Shown here: one piece after another, positions 50,273-62,307 of the stretch | How positions within the stretch are numbered: position 1 is the stretch's first letter | How the letters are laid out: every line of letters starts with the position of its first letter | NCBI GenBank assembly: GCA_030390025.1 | Contig: CM059432.1 | Span: 126,792,001-126,856,000 of the forward strand | Direction of reading: 5' to 3' | Source: Squalus acanthias | Lineage: Eukaryota | Length of the DNA: 64,000 bases | Notes under the pieces: model-generated | What the model saw: the letters and a program-made list of their open reading frames with translations, nothing else | What the model was told of the DNA's origin: nothing | The model's database searches: none | Made by a program: the position numbers and the translations under genes

Positions 50273-52369
50273 GAAATAACAACAGAAAATGCTGGAAATA
50301 CTCAGCAGGCCAGGCAGCATCCGTGGAGAGAGAAACAGAGTTAACGTTTCAGGTCTGGGACCCTTCATCAGAACTGGAAAAAGCTGGAGATGTAACAGAT
50401 ATTAAGCAGGTGCAGAGACAGGGGGGGGGGGGGGTTAGGAGGGGAGGAAGGAGTTGAAAGAACATACTGTGCTTATGTAAGAGGCAGGAAAGATAAAATG
50501 TTGCAAATGGGAATGGCAAAATCATACAGCATGAAAAATGGGGGCAGGGATAATTGTCTGAAATTGTTGAACTCGATGTTAAGTCCAGAAGGCTGTAAAG
50601 TGCCTAATCGAAAGATGAGGTGCTGTTCCTCGAGCTTACGTTGAGCTTCATTGGAACAGTGTAATAGGCCGAGGACAGAGAGATCAGAGTGGGAGTGAAG
50701 CGGAGAATTAAAGTGACAGGCGACCGGAAGCTCAGGGTCACCCTTACGGACTGAACGGAGGTGTTCCGCAAAGCAGTCACCCAATCTGCGTTTGGTCTCC
50801 CCAATGTAGAGGAGACCGCATCGTGAGCAGCGAACACAGTATATTAAATTGCAAGAAGTACAAGTAAATCGCTGTTTCACCTGGAAGGGGTGTTTGGGGT
50901 CCTGGACAGTGGGAAGGGAGGAGGTAAAAGGGCACGTGTTGCATCTCCTGCGCTTGCACGGGAAGGTGCCAGGCGAAGGAGGAGGGCTGTTAGGGGTGAT
51001 CGAGGAGTGGACCAGGGTGTCGCGGAGGGAGCGGTCCCTTCGGAATGCTGAAAGGGGAGGTGAGGGGAAGATGTGTTTGGTTGTGGGATCACGTTGGAGG
51101 TGGCGGAAATGGCGGCGGTTTATCTGTTGAATGTGGAGGCTGGTGGGATGAAAGGTGAGGACAAGGGGAACCCTATCGTGGTTCTGGGAGGGAGGGGGAA
51201 GGGGTGAGAGCAGAAGTGCGGGAAATGGAACGGACACGGTCAAGGGCCGTGTCAACCACAGTAGAGGGGAATCCTCGGTTGAGGAAAAAGGAAGACATGT
51301 CGGAAGCACTGGTATGGAAGGTGGCATCGTCAGAACAGACGCAGCGGAGACGGAGAAACTGGGAGAATGGAATAGAGTCCTTACAGGAAGCGGGGTGGGA
51401 GGAAGTGTAGTCCAGGTAGCTGTGGGAGTCAGTGGGCTTGTAGTGGATGTTTGTCAAAATCCGATCGCCAGAAATGGAGACGGAGAAGTCAAGGAAGGGA
51501 AGGGAAGAGTCGGAGATGGACCATGTGAAGGGGAGGGAAGGGTGGAAATTGGAAGTAAAGTGAATGAACTTATCTAGTCCAGGTCGAGAGCAGGAAACGG
51601 CACCGATACAGTCATCGATGTACCGGAAAAAGAGGTGAGGGAGGGGACCCGAGTAGGACTGGAACAAAGAATGTTCCACATATCCCATGAACAGGCAGGC
51701 ATAGCTAGGGCCCATGCGGGTTCCCATAGCAACACCTTTAATTTGGAGGAAGTGACTGGAGTCAAAGGAGAAGTTGTTCAATGTGAGAACAAGTTCAGCC
51801 AGGCGGAGGAGGGTGGTGGTGGATGGGGACTGGTTGGGCCTCTGTTCAAGGAAGAAACGGAGCGCCCTCAGGCCGTCCTGGTGGGGGATGGAGGTGTAGA
51901 GGGATTGGACGTCCATTGTGAAAAGGAGACGGTTGGGGCCAGGAAACTGGAAACTGTTAAAGTGACGGAGGGCGTCGGAAGAGTCGCGAATGTAGGTGGG
52001 AAGAGACTGGACAAGGGGAGAAAAAAGAGTCGAGATAGGAAGAGAGAAGTTCTGTGGGGCAAGAACAGGCTGAAACGATGGGTCTACCAGGGCAGTCCTG
52101 TTTGTGGATCTTGGGAAGGAGGTAGAAGCGGGCTGTGCGAGGTTGGGGGACTATGAGGTTGGCGGCCATGGAGGGAAGATCTCCAGAGGAGATGAGGTCA
52201 GTGACAGTCTTGGAAACAATGGCCTGATGTTTGCTAGTGGGGTCATGGTCCAGGCGGAGGTAGGAGGTGGTGTCGGAGAGTTGCCGTTCAGCTTCCGCAC
52301 GGTAGAGGTCGGTTCGCCAAACAACAACAGCACCACCCTTATCAGCAGGTTGAATGATGTTAGGGTTGG
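50273..52369 (-). mobile_element. Penelope-like retroelement (RT and GIY-YIG endonuclease), 5'-truncated, two frameshifts
   Basis: PADKGGAVVV, FYLLPKIHK..PGRPIVS, DVQSLYTSIPH, QIKGVAMGTRMGPSYA, FRYIDD; GIY-YIG NLIYCVRCSRCGLLYIGETKRRL..FAEH; candidate TSD ATACAT (50267-50272 / 52370-52375). Confidence 0.95.
50339..50375 (-). ncRNA. Minimal type-I hammerhead-ribozyme-like motif in the PLE terminus (sense to UBR5 pre-mRNA)
   Basis: Minus strand: AGTT-CTGATGA-A-GGGTC(CCA)GACCT-GAAA-CG-TT-AACT. Confidence 0.6.
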
Positions 52370-53539
52370 ATACATTCTCCACAAGTTACATATTTTGTGC
52401 ATAATGCACGAGGTATTGAAAGGGATTCAGTGCCACTTTCGTCAGGAAACGTCACGTCTCCCATAACCCCCGAGTGCACCTTTACTGCCCAATATCTAGC
52501 TGAACTGTAGCATTCACCCAGGAAGCGCAACATAGATGCTTTGCTGTATATACCAACTAGTGAAATCATACATGTGCATTCTCCCATTTTTTGAAGACAG
52601 ACGGAAAAGCACTCGAGATGAGAGCTTATAAATCAAAGTGGTTTATTTTACATAAAATAAGACGACTATATAGTTTATACAGCAAGATTCATCCATTTCC
52701 TGCCACTTCTGGTACCATAAAATTGTCAATGTTCTAAGCAGAAATTTACTTTTAAGCTAACTGCTCCAAATCTAACTATCTTTTATTACAGGCAGGAGAG
52801 AGAGAGAGATAGAGATCGATCCTCCAAACCCTTCCTCAAAATCAGTATGCAAAGGAGATTGGCCCACTGAGCAGTCAATGTTGATGTGGGTCCTTGTGGC
52901 ACCAGTCTCTGCAGCTCAGCTCCTTGCTGGACACAATGAATGAAAACCATTCTCCAAGCTGAAGTAACAGGCAAACTAAACAGTTTGATGGCTGTTCCAT
53001 CTCCCTTTGGGAGCTCTTCAACACATGAAATTACCCTAATCCCATGCCTCCTGGCTTTAAATGTGAAGTCAAAAGATGTCGTACCCAAGTTAACTTTTTG
53101 TGGGCAAAATCTAACCTTGTTGCAATAGCAAAACAAAATTAAAACAATTTCCTAAGGCTATTCAAGTAAACGTTCCAATAATCCATCATCTTAGCCCAAA
53201 GAACACTGCACATCAGATGAAATTCATCGATCCTTATGTTTGATGTGGCATTGTGCAATAAAATATTTCCCAGAATCGAAAACTCCAACTCAGCAGCAGA
53301 GGATTCACTATATTTGAATTATTGCACTTGTATGCACTTCCTGTATCATTTTATCACACCTCAAATGCTTTAGAACAATATTTTTAAAGCTTGCTACTTT
53401 CACTTACCTGTGATTAGCTGCTGCTTCCAATGTGACCTCTGGTCCTCCCCAACTCTGTTGTTCCATCTCTCAACTCTAGGCGATTCTGTTGGTGCCTAAG
53501 CTTCAACACATCCATTGTGTCTTCAGCCATGAGACTTAC

Positions 53540-53990
53540 TGCCCACAGGCTCCCAGTCAGGAACAGTCTAAATTTTTTAGATATTATATATATATATATT
53601 TGGCAAAGCTGACCTGCCCCAAAGTTCCCACCCGAGCTGAACACTGCAAATTTTCTACTTGTATCTCTTTGGTGCCACCACACTCTAGCACCTAGGTTCC
53701 AGGCACTAAGCAGGGAAGTGTGCTTTTACTTTTCGATGCAGCCTTCGGGGGTCACGAAGAGTTAGGATTTAACTGCACCTTCATTTGTCAGCAAACCTCC
53801 TGTCAAGCTTTCCCAACAGCCGACGGTATTGTTAAAAAATGTTAACTGCTCCTGGCTCACAACCCCAAAAACTGCACTTAAAAAGTTACACTGTTCCCAT
53901 CTCTGGGTTGGGAAATCAGAGGTCAGCTTGACTTTGCCAAATATAATGAAAAATTCATATTGTTCCTGGCTCAGGGGAGTTGGGAAATGG
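53540..53990. repeat. Degenerate long inverted repeat (~110-bp arms), probably an old foldback/MITE
   Basis: CAGGAACA...AATTTTT...TATATTTGGCAAAG..CTGACCT...CCCA.CC..GAACA.TG.AA.TTT at ~53557-53655, mirrored at ~53880-53970. Confidence 0.6.
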
Positions 53991-56661
53991 AGATGGCCAA
54001 AAATAGGAAGGGTTTTTTTTAAATGCAAAGACTGTTCCTAGCTCTTGGTTGCAAATTCTTTTCAAGGCGCTTTTCAGGGCTGAATATGTTGCCAGCCAGT
54101 CTCTCTCCTTGAGATTCACCCCACATCCCATCTATCTCCTTTGCACTCTATCGCCCCTAACTTTCCTGCTCCTTCATCCCTTAACTTTTCACCATTCCCC
54201 TTCAGTCAACCCAAACTCCCAATTTACCACTCACGACCACCAAAAAAAGAGACCTCTTGCTTACAGCTATCACTGGCAGGAGGATGTAACTGCAGCATGA
54301 CCTCCGTTCACCTGAAGACTACACTTGGTCTCAACTCCTTTGCGCAACGCCACAACTGGTTAACTAGAACAAAAGTAAAAACTCTGCAATAACAATTTTC
54401 TTACTCTTTATTTTGTCCCTAAACCCCAATCCTGAAGAGATTCTGGTCTAGAAGGCAGCAGTTGCCCCAGTGTGAAACCTGATTACGTGGTGCAGACAGC
54501 CTGGAATGATTGAAAGTATGTGCTTTTCTTGAGAGGACACTTAGTTGTGGAAATAAAATCCAGAGTATTTAACGGAGTAAATGTAGTTTTCCAAAGTTAC
54601 ATAATTAGTGAGATCAATGAGCCGAGTCAAACAATTCTCCCTCCCGCTTACAAAGTCAGCTCTAAGTTAGTATCTCTTTCCTTTCCCTCTCCCTCCCACA
54701 AACATAATCAGGGCTGCCATTAACCAGCTTTTCCCCCTCCTCTTCAGAAGGATGAAACATGTGCTGGAGTATGCTTCCATGGCATCAGAAATTCAAACAT
54801 TGTTCAATCGATCATCCTACACCTCATTCGTGAGCCTACATTAGCAAGAATTGAACCACAAAAGTCATCATCGCTGAGCTCAATTGTGTCCTTGCCCAAC
54901 ATGCAAAGATCACTGGACAACATTCAACACAAATCTCGTTGGTTTTTTTTAACTCCTCCCTACCTGGAACACTGAAACCAACTGTAGCAGCAGAGTCAGA
55001 GTAGCCCTAGGATTTTTGGACAGGACTCATTATATATTTTCCTTTACGATCCATATAGCAACCACTCCCAGTCAGACAACCTACGCAAAAAGATGCTCAA
55101 CCAGCTTGAGTTGTGTTGTGCTTTAAGATGGTCAGTCCCAAAAAATTTCAATATTCCCCAACTATTGCTTCCTGTCCCAATAGTCGGCTAGTTCTTTCAC
55201 TTCAGTTTAGGTCATCAAATATACAAGGAAAACATCCAAGGCCTGAAGGCAATGCAGAGAAGGACCACAAGACTGAACCCTAGTATCAAAAGGTCCAATG
55301 TATAAAGGAAGGCTACAAAAACTCACTTCATCCTTGAGGTAACTTAAGACCGGTTCTGATAGAGATACACTATATAAGACATTAAGCAGAATAGAAAAGG
55401 TAGATCGGGAAAACTACCAAGTTAATTCGGAAAACTACCAAGTTAATCCACTATTACAGGACGAGACATACGCATCAACTGCTAAAAGGAAAACGCAGGA
55501 GTGATGTCAAGAGCGTTTAACTTTCAGTTATATAGTGCCTTTAATATAGTAAAATGTCCCACTGGGCTTTACAGGAGCGTTATCAGACAAACACGGACAC
55601 CAAGCCAAAGAAGGAGACATTAGAAGGGACAGCGTACATGCAGAACCTGACACTGTGTCTTCGGATGATGTTGCCGAGGGGCAGCATGTAGATGAGAAAT
55701 AGGAAGGGGCCAAGGATACCAGGAACAGTCCTCCTGGCAGGCAAAAACTTGAATCATTCAAGATCAGTTGGACAGTGTAATAGGGGAACAATACATTTCT
55801 ATACAAGGATGAGCTATATGGATTGAAATGCCATCCTCATCATCTATACTTGTCTGTCTTTCATCTGCGAAGGGTACTAGAAAATTTAAATGTCTACACC
55901 CAGTTTTTCTTCTAATTAAGACAGTGGGATATGTAATCCCATTTAATCAGATGAGTTGCAGCTTGTTTATACAAATATATGTGGTGAAAAGTTGATTAGG
56001 TTCATAAAGGTGGAAGGGAAAAATTGTTACCACAAGTACTTCCATCAAACATGCAGCTTTCTCATTTTTGCTAGCCAGCTAAAAACAGAATAGTTGATGC
56101 TCCTGCTGACCTCTATGCTGGGAAGGCAAACACCGATTTCAGAACTGTGTACACCCAGTTGTGGCCTTGGCTGCTGTAGAATTACTGTGCAATATAAATA
56201 GTGTGGCATAAACAGCAGCAGAGCTGGAAGCAAGTACTGGATAATCAAGACCACTGATATATGATTTTCACAGGAAAAAAAATGGACAGAATCACAAAAT
56301 TGAATTCACAAAACATCAGGGGGAAAAAATGACTACAGTACATCTTAATTGAGGAAAGTAATTTATGACACCACATACAAGTTACCTTAAACATTTCCTT
56401 TTGTTGGAATACATATTTAAGTTAAATTATTACACACTCAAGTTGGACGCCAGTTAATTTGCCTTATCGCTGCAAACAAATTTAATTTTTAACCACATTT
56501 TCAAATATGTATATGGTCTTAATTTTTGATTCTCTTTCCCTTCGAAGTACAAGCCACCTCAGGAATATTAATTAAAAATGAAAATTCATGCACAATTATC
56601 ACTGCAAATAAGCATTATAGGTTTAATCATTTGATAGGCATTCGTAATAAATATACACTAC

Positions 56662-56743
56662 CTCTAGGAGAAATGCAGCATGGTTTGGTCCCACCACACA
56701 CTGCTTAATTGTGGCCTGTTCCAAAACATTCAGAGGCGGGTGA
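56662..56743 (-). CDS. UBR5: UBR5 exon (~exon 3), 82 nt
   Basis: tttccag|T CAC CCG...CTA GAG|gtagtg; HPPLNVLEQATIKQCVVGPNHAAFLLE. Confidence 0.96.
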
Positions 56744-57629
56744 CTGGAAAGAAATTAAAAAGTCACTCAAAATGTATAACACTGTACAAAATGCTTAAAG
56801 TATGTTGCGCTCTTACCCATTTCTCAAGCCTACTTGCACTGTGCATTTTCCTGTCACAAAGAACAAATTGGAGACCTACTCCCAAACCTTCACTGTCACT
56901 TAATAGCTTACTACTAGTGAGCACCCAAAAGGTAAATCTTCTGCCCTGAAGGGAATTGCCTGGCTGCCGCGTGGCAGCACAGCACAATTGCATGGGTAAA
57001 GAATGAAAAGTCATGCGACTAAGTGCAGCCATAAAGCTGCGTTCTAACATTATCTGCTGAATTCCAAACACACTGCACTATTCCTGAACTGCCAAATGCC
57101 ATGATCAAAATTAATTTATCTAGATCTAACACAATAGAACATGTTAAAAATTGTAAAATTAACCACATTCGTGGAGTAGTATTATCAATTGCTAAGTTGT
57201 AGTAAAACACTACCAATTATGTTTTGCTTCAAAAGGAGCTCACTACTATCAAAGCACATTAGGACTTGCAAGCAAATCATTTTAGCTTGAAGGCAATGCT
57301 TCAGAATAAGCCTTTTCATGCAAGTGCAAGACATTTATACAAATAAAGCATTTATAGCAGTAGGTCATATTGGCCCAGTACTAAGAGTCAACCAACAGTG
57401 ATTTTCAGATCCTGCGACAAATGTCTCAGTAGTCCTTTTCTAATAGTAGATTAAAACTAGCAAATTTGAAAACCACCTCTACTGGAATAAGCTACATATC
57501 GCATTGCAGCTGTAGTGTATTTCCCACCCCAAACAAGTCAGAAATTTAGTGCTGATTCAGACTCTTCCTAATAAATGATTGAAAATTAGCAAGATCATCT
57601 GAAGATGTCAACAATACTTTGTGATTTTA

Positions 57630-58335
57630 TGGCCCGTATTTTCCGATGCCTACAAGCCGTAGGGACATCGGAAATGCCGGTTTCAGGCATGCGAAGCGCA
57701 TGCGCCGAAAACCGGCATTTCCAATCTGTCAAGCATCCTCTTGGTTGATCGGACGCCTGCCCTGGAGAAGGGCCTTTGCGGGTGGAGAGTTCCGCTTTCT
57801 GCAGAACCTCCACCCACTGAAATCACTTAAAAATCTTACGCCTGGTAAAAGCAGGCGTATGGCCTGCTTTTACCAGCATAAGAGTTTTTAAAAGTTTTTT
57901 AAAAAATTTCACTCATTTATAATTTTTTTAAAAGTTTATTTTTCGCCCTGTAAAAAACTTTATTTTTTTCAAAAAATTTAATTTTTGTTTAAAATATTTA
58001 ATTTAATGTAATTTTAAAAATGTGATTTAAAAAAAATGTCTTTAATGTTTTAGTCTCTTTTTGCAGTGATCCCCATTCATACTTTTGACAGATCTATCCG
58101 TCAAAAGTATGAAGGGAGATCCCCTTCTTTCATTGGCTGGCCTGGCCCACGTGATCCTAGGGACGCTTGCGAACCGCATGCGCCCCTGGGATATGTGGGC
58201 CCTGCGCATTTCGACTCTGGAGAGGCCCAGGATCGGAAGTGTCCGGACCTCGGGAGCCCTCAGGTAAGAGCGTAGATTTTTTTCCGACGGGAGGCATCCG
58301 CATGCAAGAAACCTCCCATCGGAAATTACGGGCCA
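57630..58335. mobile_element. Young CpG-rich MITE with 19-bp TIRs and internal hairpins
   Basis: TGGCCCGTATTTTCCGATG (57630-57648) / CATCGGAAATTACGGGCCA (58317-58335), 18/19 match; AT-rich core ~57880-58050. Confidence 0.88.
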
Positions 58336-59091
58336 ATGTTAGCTGTTTTAAAAACAAACCCTCAATGTTCTATTTATCCCAGAAATGTTACCAAATAGGC
58401 TCTGGGAGAAAGGATTTGACAAGAAAATGGGTTACATCAAGAAATTCTGGCTCGGTATCAAAACAATGAGATCGCAATGTACAAGTTTATCAGAATATGG
58501 CATTATCTGTTATAGAATGCAGCACTCAACTACATTTATAATTAGGCTAGAAATTCAACACAATGACATTTAAAATTAGAAGAAAACAATATAAATTTTT
58601 AATGACAAATTAAACTTCCATTTCAGAAACAGAAGTGATGGTTTTGAAACCATATATTTAATGATGGACTACAATTTTCATGAACAATGCATAAAACACA
58701 GCAGTGAAAAACAGCATTAATGAAAAAAAATCTTCCAGTACATCAGGTTTAGTCTTAATTCACAACTTTTTGTTCAATCTTTTAACTACTTAAATGAAAT
58801 AGTTACAATATTGCTTAGGTGATACCAGCAGTAGTTACTAACTATGGTTCTATTGGCAGTACAAAAAATATAAATGTGCTTGGCAAAAAACATAGGAAAA
58901 TTGTGCAACAGATTAAAAGCAAGTTTTGAAATGTTCTAAAGTGAAGTCACCCACAATTCACCAAAACTTCTAATTGGCTGTGTAACTAAATTAACTCTTG
59001 TATTAGGGATATTACATGCAAAGCATTTTTATTTAAATAATGGAGGCCGATAATTCACAAGTCAAAGAAAGGTGTACTCTACGTATTAGGT

Positions 59092-60925
59092 CTAGCATAG
59101 AAGCATAGCATAGAAGATAGGAGCAGGAGTAGGCCATTCGGCCCCTCGAGCCTGCTCCGCTATTTAAGGAGATCATGGCTGATCATCCAAATTCAGTACC
59201 CTGTCCCTGCTTTCTCCCCATATCCCTTTAGCCTTAAGAAATATATCTATCTCCTTCTTGAATATATTTAATGAATTGGCCTCAACTGCCTTCTGTGGTA
59301 GAGAATTCCACAGGTTCACCACACTCTGGGTGAAGAAATTCCTCCTCATCTCAGTCCTAAATGGCTTACCCCTTATCCTTAGACTGTGACCTCTGGTTCT
59401 GGACTCCCCCGCCATCGGGAACATCCTTCCTGCATCTAGTCTGTCTAGTCCTGTTAGAATTTTATAAGTTTCAATGAGATCCCCTCTCATTCTTTGAAAC
59501 TCTAGCGAATATAAGCCTAATCGACCCAATCTCTCTTCATACGTCATTCCTGCCATCCCAGGTATCAGTCTGGTAAATCTTCGCTGCACTCCCTCCATGG
59601 CAAGAACATCCTTCCTCAGATAAGGCGACCAAAACTGCACCCAATACTCAAGGTGTGGTCTCACCAAGGCCTTGTACAACTGCAGCAAGACATCCAAGGC
59701 CTTGTACAACTGCAGCAAGACATCCTTGCTCCTGTACTCGAATCCTCTCGCTATGAAGGCCAACATACCATTTGCCTTCTTAACCGCCTGCTGCACCTGC
59801 ATGCTTACCTTCAGCGACTGGTGCACAAGGACTCCCAGATCTCGTTGCACTTCCCCTTTTCCCAATCTATTGACGTTCAGATAATAATCTGTCTTCCTGT
59901 TTTTGCCACCAAAGTGGATAACCTCGCATTTATCCACATTATACTGCATCTGCCCAATCACCCAGCCTGTCCAAATCATACTGGAGTTTCTCTGCATCCT
60001 CCTTACAGCACACACGCCCACCCAGCTTTGTGTCGTCTGCAAACTTGGAGATATTACATCTAGTTCCCTCGTCTAGATCATTAATATATATTGTGAATAG
60101 TTGGGGTCCTAGCACCGATCCCTGTGGTACCCCACTAGTCACTGCCTGCCACTCGGAAAAAGACCAGTTTATTCCAACTCTGCTTCCTGTCTGCCAACCA
60201 GTTCTCTATCCAAATCAGTACCTCACCCCCAATCCCATGTGCTTTAACTTTGCACGCTAATCTCTTATGCGGGACCTTATCGAAAGCCTTCTGAAAGTCC
60301 AAATACACCACATCCACTGTTTCTCCCTTATCTATTCTACCAGTTACATCCTCAAAAAATTCCAGTAGATTAGTCAGGCATGATTTCCCTTTTGTAAATC
60401 CATGTTGACTTTGTCCGATCCTGTCACTATTTTCCAAGTGCTCTGCTATTACATCTTTTATAATGGACTCTAGCATTTTCCCCACTACCGATGTCAGGCT
60501 TACCAGTCTAAAATTCCACGTTTATTCTCTACCACCTTTTTTAAATAGTGGGGTTACATTAGCTACCTGCCAATCCATGGGAACTGTTCCAGAGTCTATA
60601 GAATTTTGAAAGATGACCAGCAATGCATCTACTATTTCTAGGGCCACTTCCTTAAGTACCCTAGGATGTTGATCATCAGGCCCTGGGGATTTATTGGCCT
60701 TCAATCCCGTCAATTTCCCTAACACCATTTCCCTACAAATAGTGATTTCATTCAATTCCTCCCTCTCATTAGACCCTATGTTCCCCGACATCTCTGGGAG
60801 TTTATTTGTATCCTCCTTTGTGAAGACAGAACCAAAGTATGTATTTAATTCGTCAGCCATTTCTTTGTTCCCCATTATAAATTCCCCTGATTCTGACTGC
60901 AAGGGACCTACGCTTGACTTCACCC
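59092..60925 (-). mobile_element. Relatively young 5'-truncated CR1 LINE
   Basis: [86 protein letters not shown]; (CTATG)-type microsatellite tail. Confidence 0.95.
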
Positions 60926-62307
60926 TCGAACTGGTGTACTGAAAAGGGAATGGGGAGAGAAAATGGAAAGAAAAGCAAACAGTAGTTACAGGTCCAAATC
61001 CCACTCTAGGACTTGAGCACATAATCTAAATTGATACTTCAATGCGGTACTATTACTGTCCAGGTTCTTTTTGGGCTTCTAATCAGGACACTGCACTACT
61101 GTTCCATTTAACAAGTATTCCCTCTTTTGGTTCTTGCTCCCATACTAATTTTACACTTAACCTTTAATTGTATTTACATATGTTGGCCCAGCTAGCTAAA
61201 AAAATGGGTTATCAAACTGGGGTCAGCGGATTTCTCTCTGTCTGGGGTCAGAGATATCACCCACATGAGCAGTGTCGAGAACTCTATATTTTAGAGTCTG
61301 GAAATTACACTGATATATGAATCCAATGCGTTTGAATCAAAAAAGTAATTGCTTTGATGAGAGCAGATATTTCTGTATCTTGACTTACTAGCATGTTATT
61401 TCTCGTGCTGTATACTAATAAAAAGCTTCCTGCAAGAATAACCCTTTTCCTTTGGGTAGCTGACAAGGCCTTTTGGAGTGTGCCAATATTTGCATGGGGA
61501 CCTCCTCCCAGCATAGAAAAGTTTAAAAACCATTGTGCCAGGAGATACAAGACAGCCAATTTTATTCCCTCACCGCACCCCCCCCCCCCCACCCCACCCC
61601 CGCCACCTCAATTTAATGTTATAAAAATATTAATGGATTTCCTATGATGTTGCTCATGAAGAGTTAAAAGATATGCTGTTCCACCGAGCATTGCGTGAAC
61701 AGTGAATTTCAAATGACTACTAGTACAGCTGTATCACATGATGGAAGTAAAAAGTGTCGAAGGAAAAACATTTGTGGAGTTGCAGTGCGGTGGGAGAGTG
61801 CTTGAGAGATTATACAAAAAATAACTTTCTGTATTCTGGTCTCTCGTTGCCTAGCAGATTGGCTGTGATTTAAGAGTAATATGGAACTTGTCTTTTCCCT
61901 CATCCCAAATTCCTTTCATCGAAGAAGTCCCTCAATTTCCCAGAAACGAACCAAAAGCGCCAGGATGTTGAAGGAAGACTTCAGACAAAGAGGTCAATTG
62001 TGGTGGTGGTGGCGCAGTGGATCATAACCCCAGGTAGTTTCTGTCCGAGAAAAATGTGTCGCGTTAGAGGTCTGCTCAACAAGCAATGTCCGACTAAGGT
62101 GCACAGCTTTGAAGCAGTCATTTAGATGTGACATAATCCAGATGGCTTTACATATACATGGAGTATGCCAAGTCAGCAAGGCAGGCACACATTCGCAGGA
62201 GGGGAAGGTTACTCCATGCGAGGAGCCCCGAAAGGTAGTGAATTTATTGGGGGGCTTAAATTTTACAGATCGAAAGCATGGCCGATTATTTACGTTATAA
62301 ACATGTT

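Larger units (their letters stand above)
2920..56743 (-). other. UBR5: UBR5 (EDD/HYD) E3 ubiquitin-protein ligase gene, partial: 19 internal coding exons; gene extends beyond both window edges
   Basis: Spliced translation of 19 GT-AG exons is open and phase-consistent and matches the recalled human UBR5 N-terminal ~36-940 aa (HPPLNVLEQATIKQCVVGPNHAAFLLE ... HACVSVCFPTSNKETKEEE). Confidence 0.98.

Noticed and set aside
50421..50450. Poly-G and poly-C runs (also ~29686 and ~61578) as functional G-quadruplexes
   Set aside because: Homopolymers, two of them within repeat UTRs; length is error-prone and there is no other support
50473..52382. Long ORFs (284, 247 and 141 aa) as a host gene or domesticated RT
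   Set aside because: They are frameshifted pieces of one 5'-truncated Penelope-like ORF
55408..55448. Short direct repeats (also ~6052-6086 and ~44612-44637) as CRISPR-like arrays
   Set aside because: Only two adjacent units with no spacers, in a eukaryotic intron; simple slippage duplications
59173..61022. 289-aa and neighbouring ORFs as a nested gene
   Set aside because: CR1 ORF2 fragments with frameshifts and an in-frame duplication
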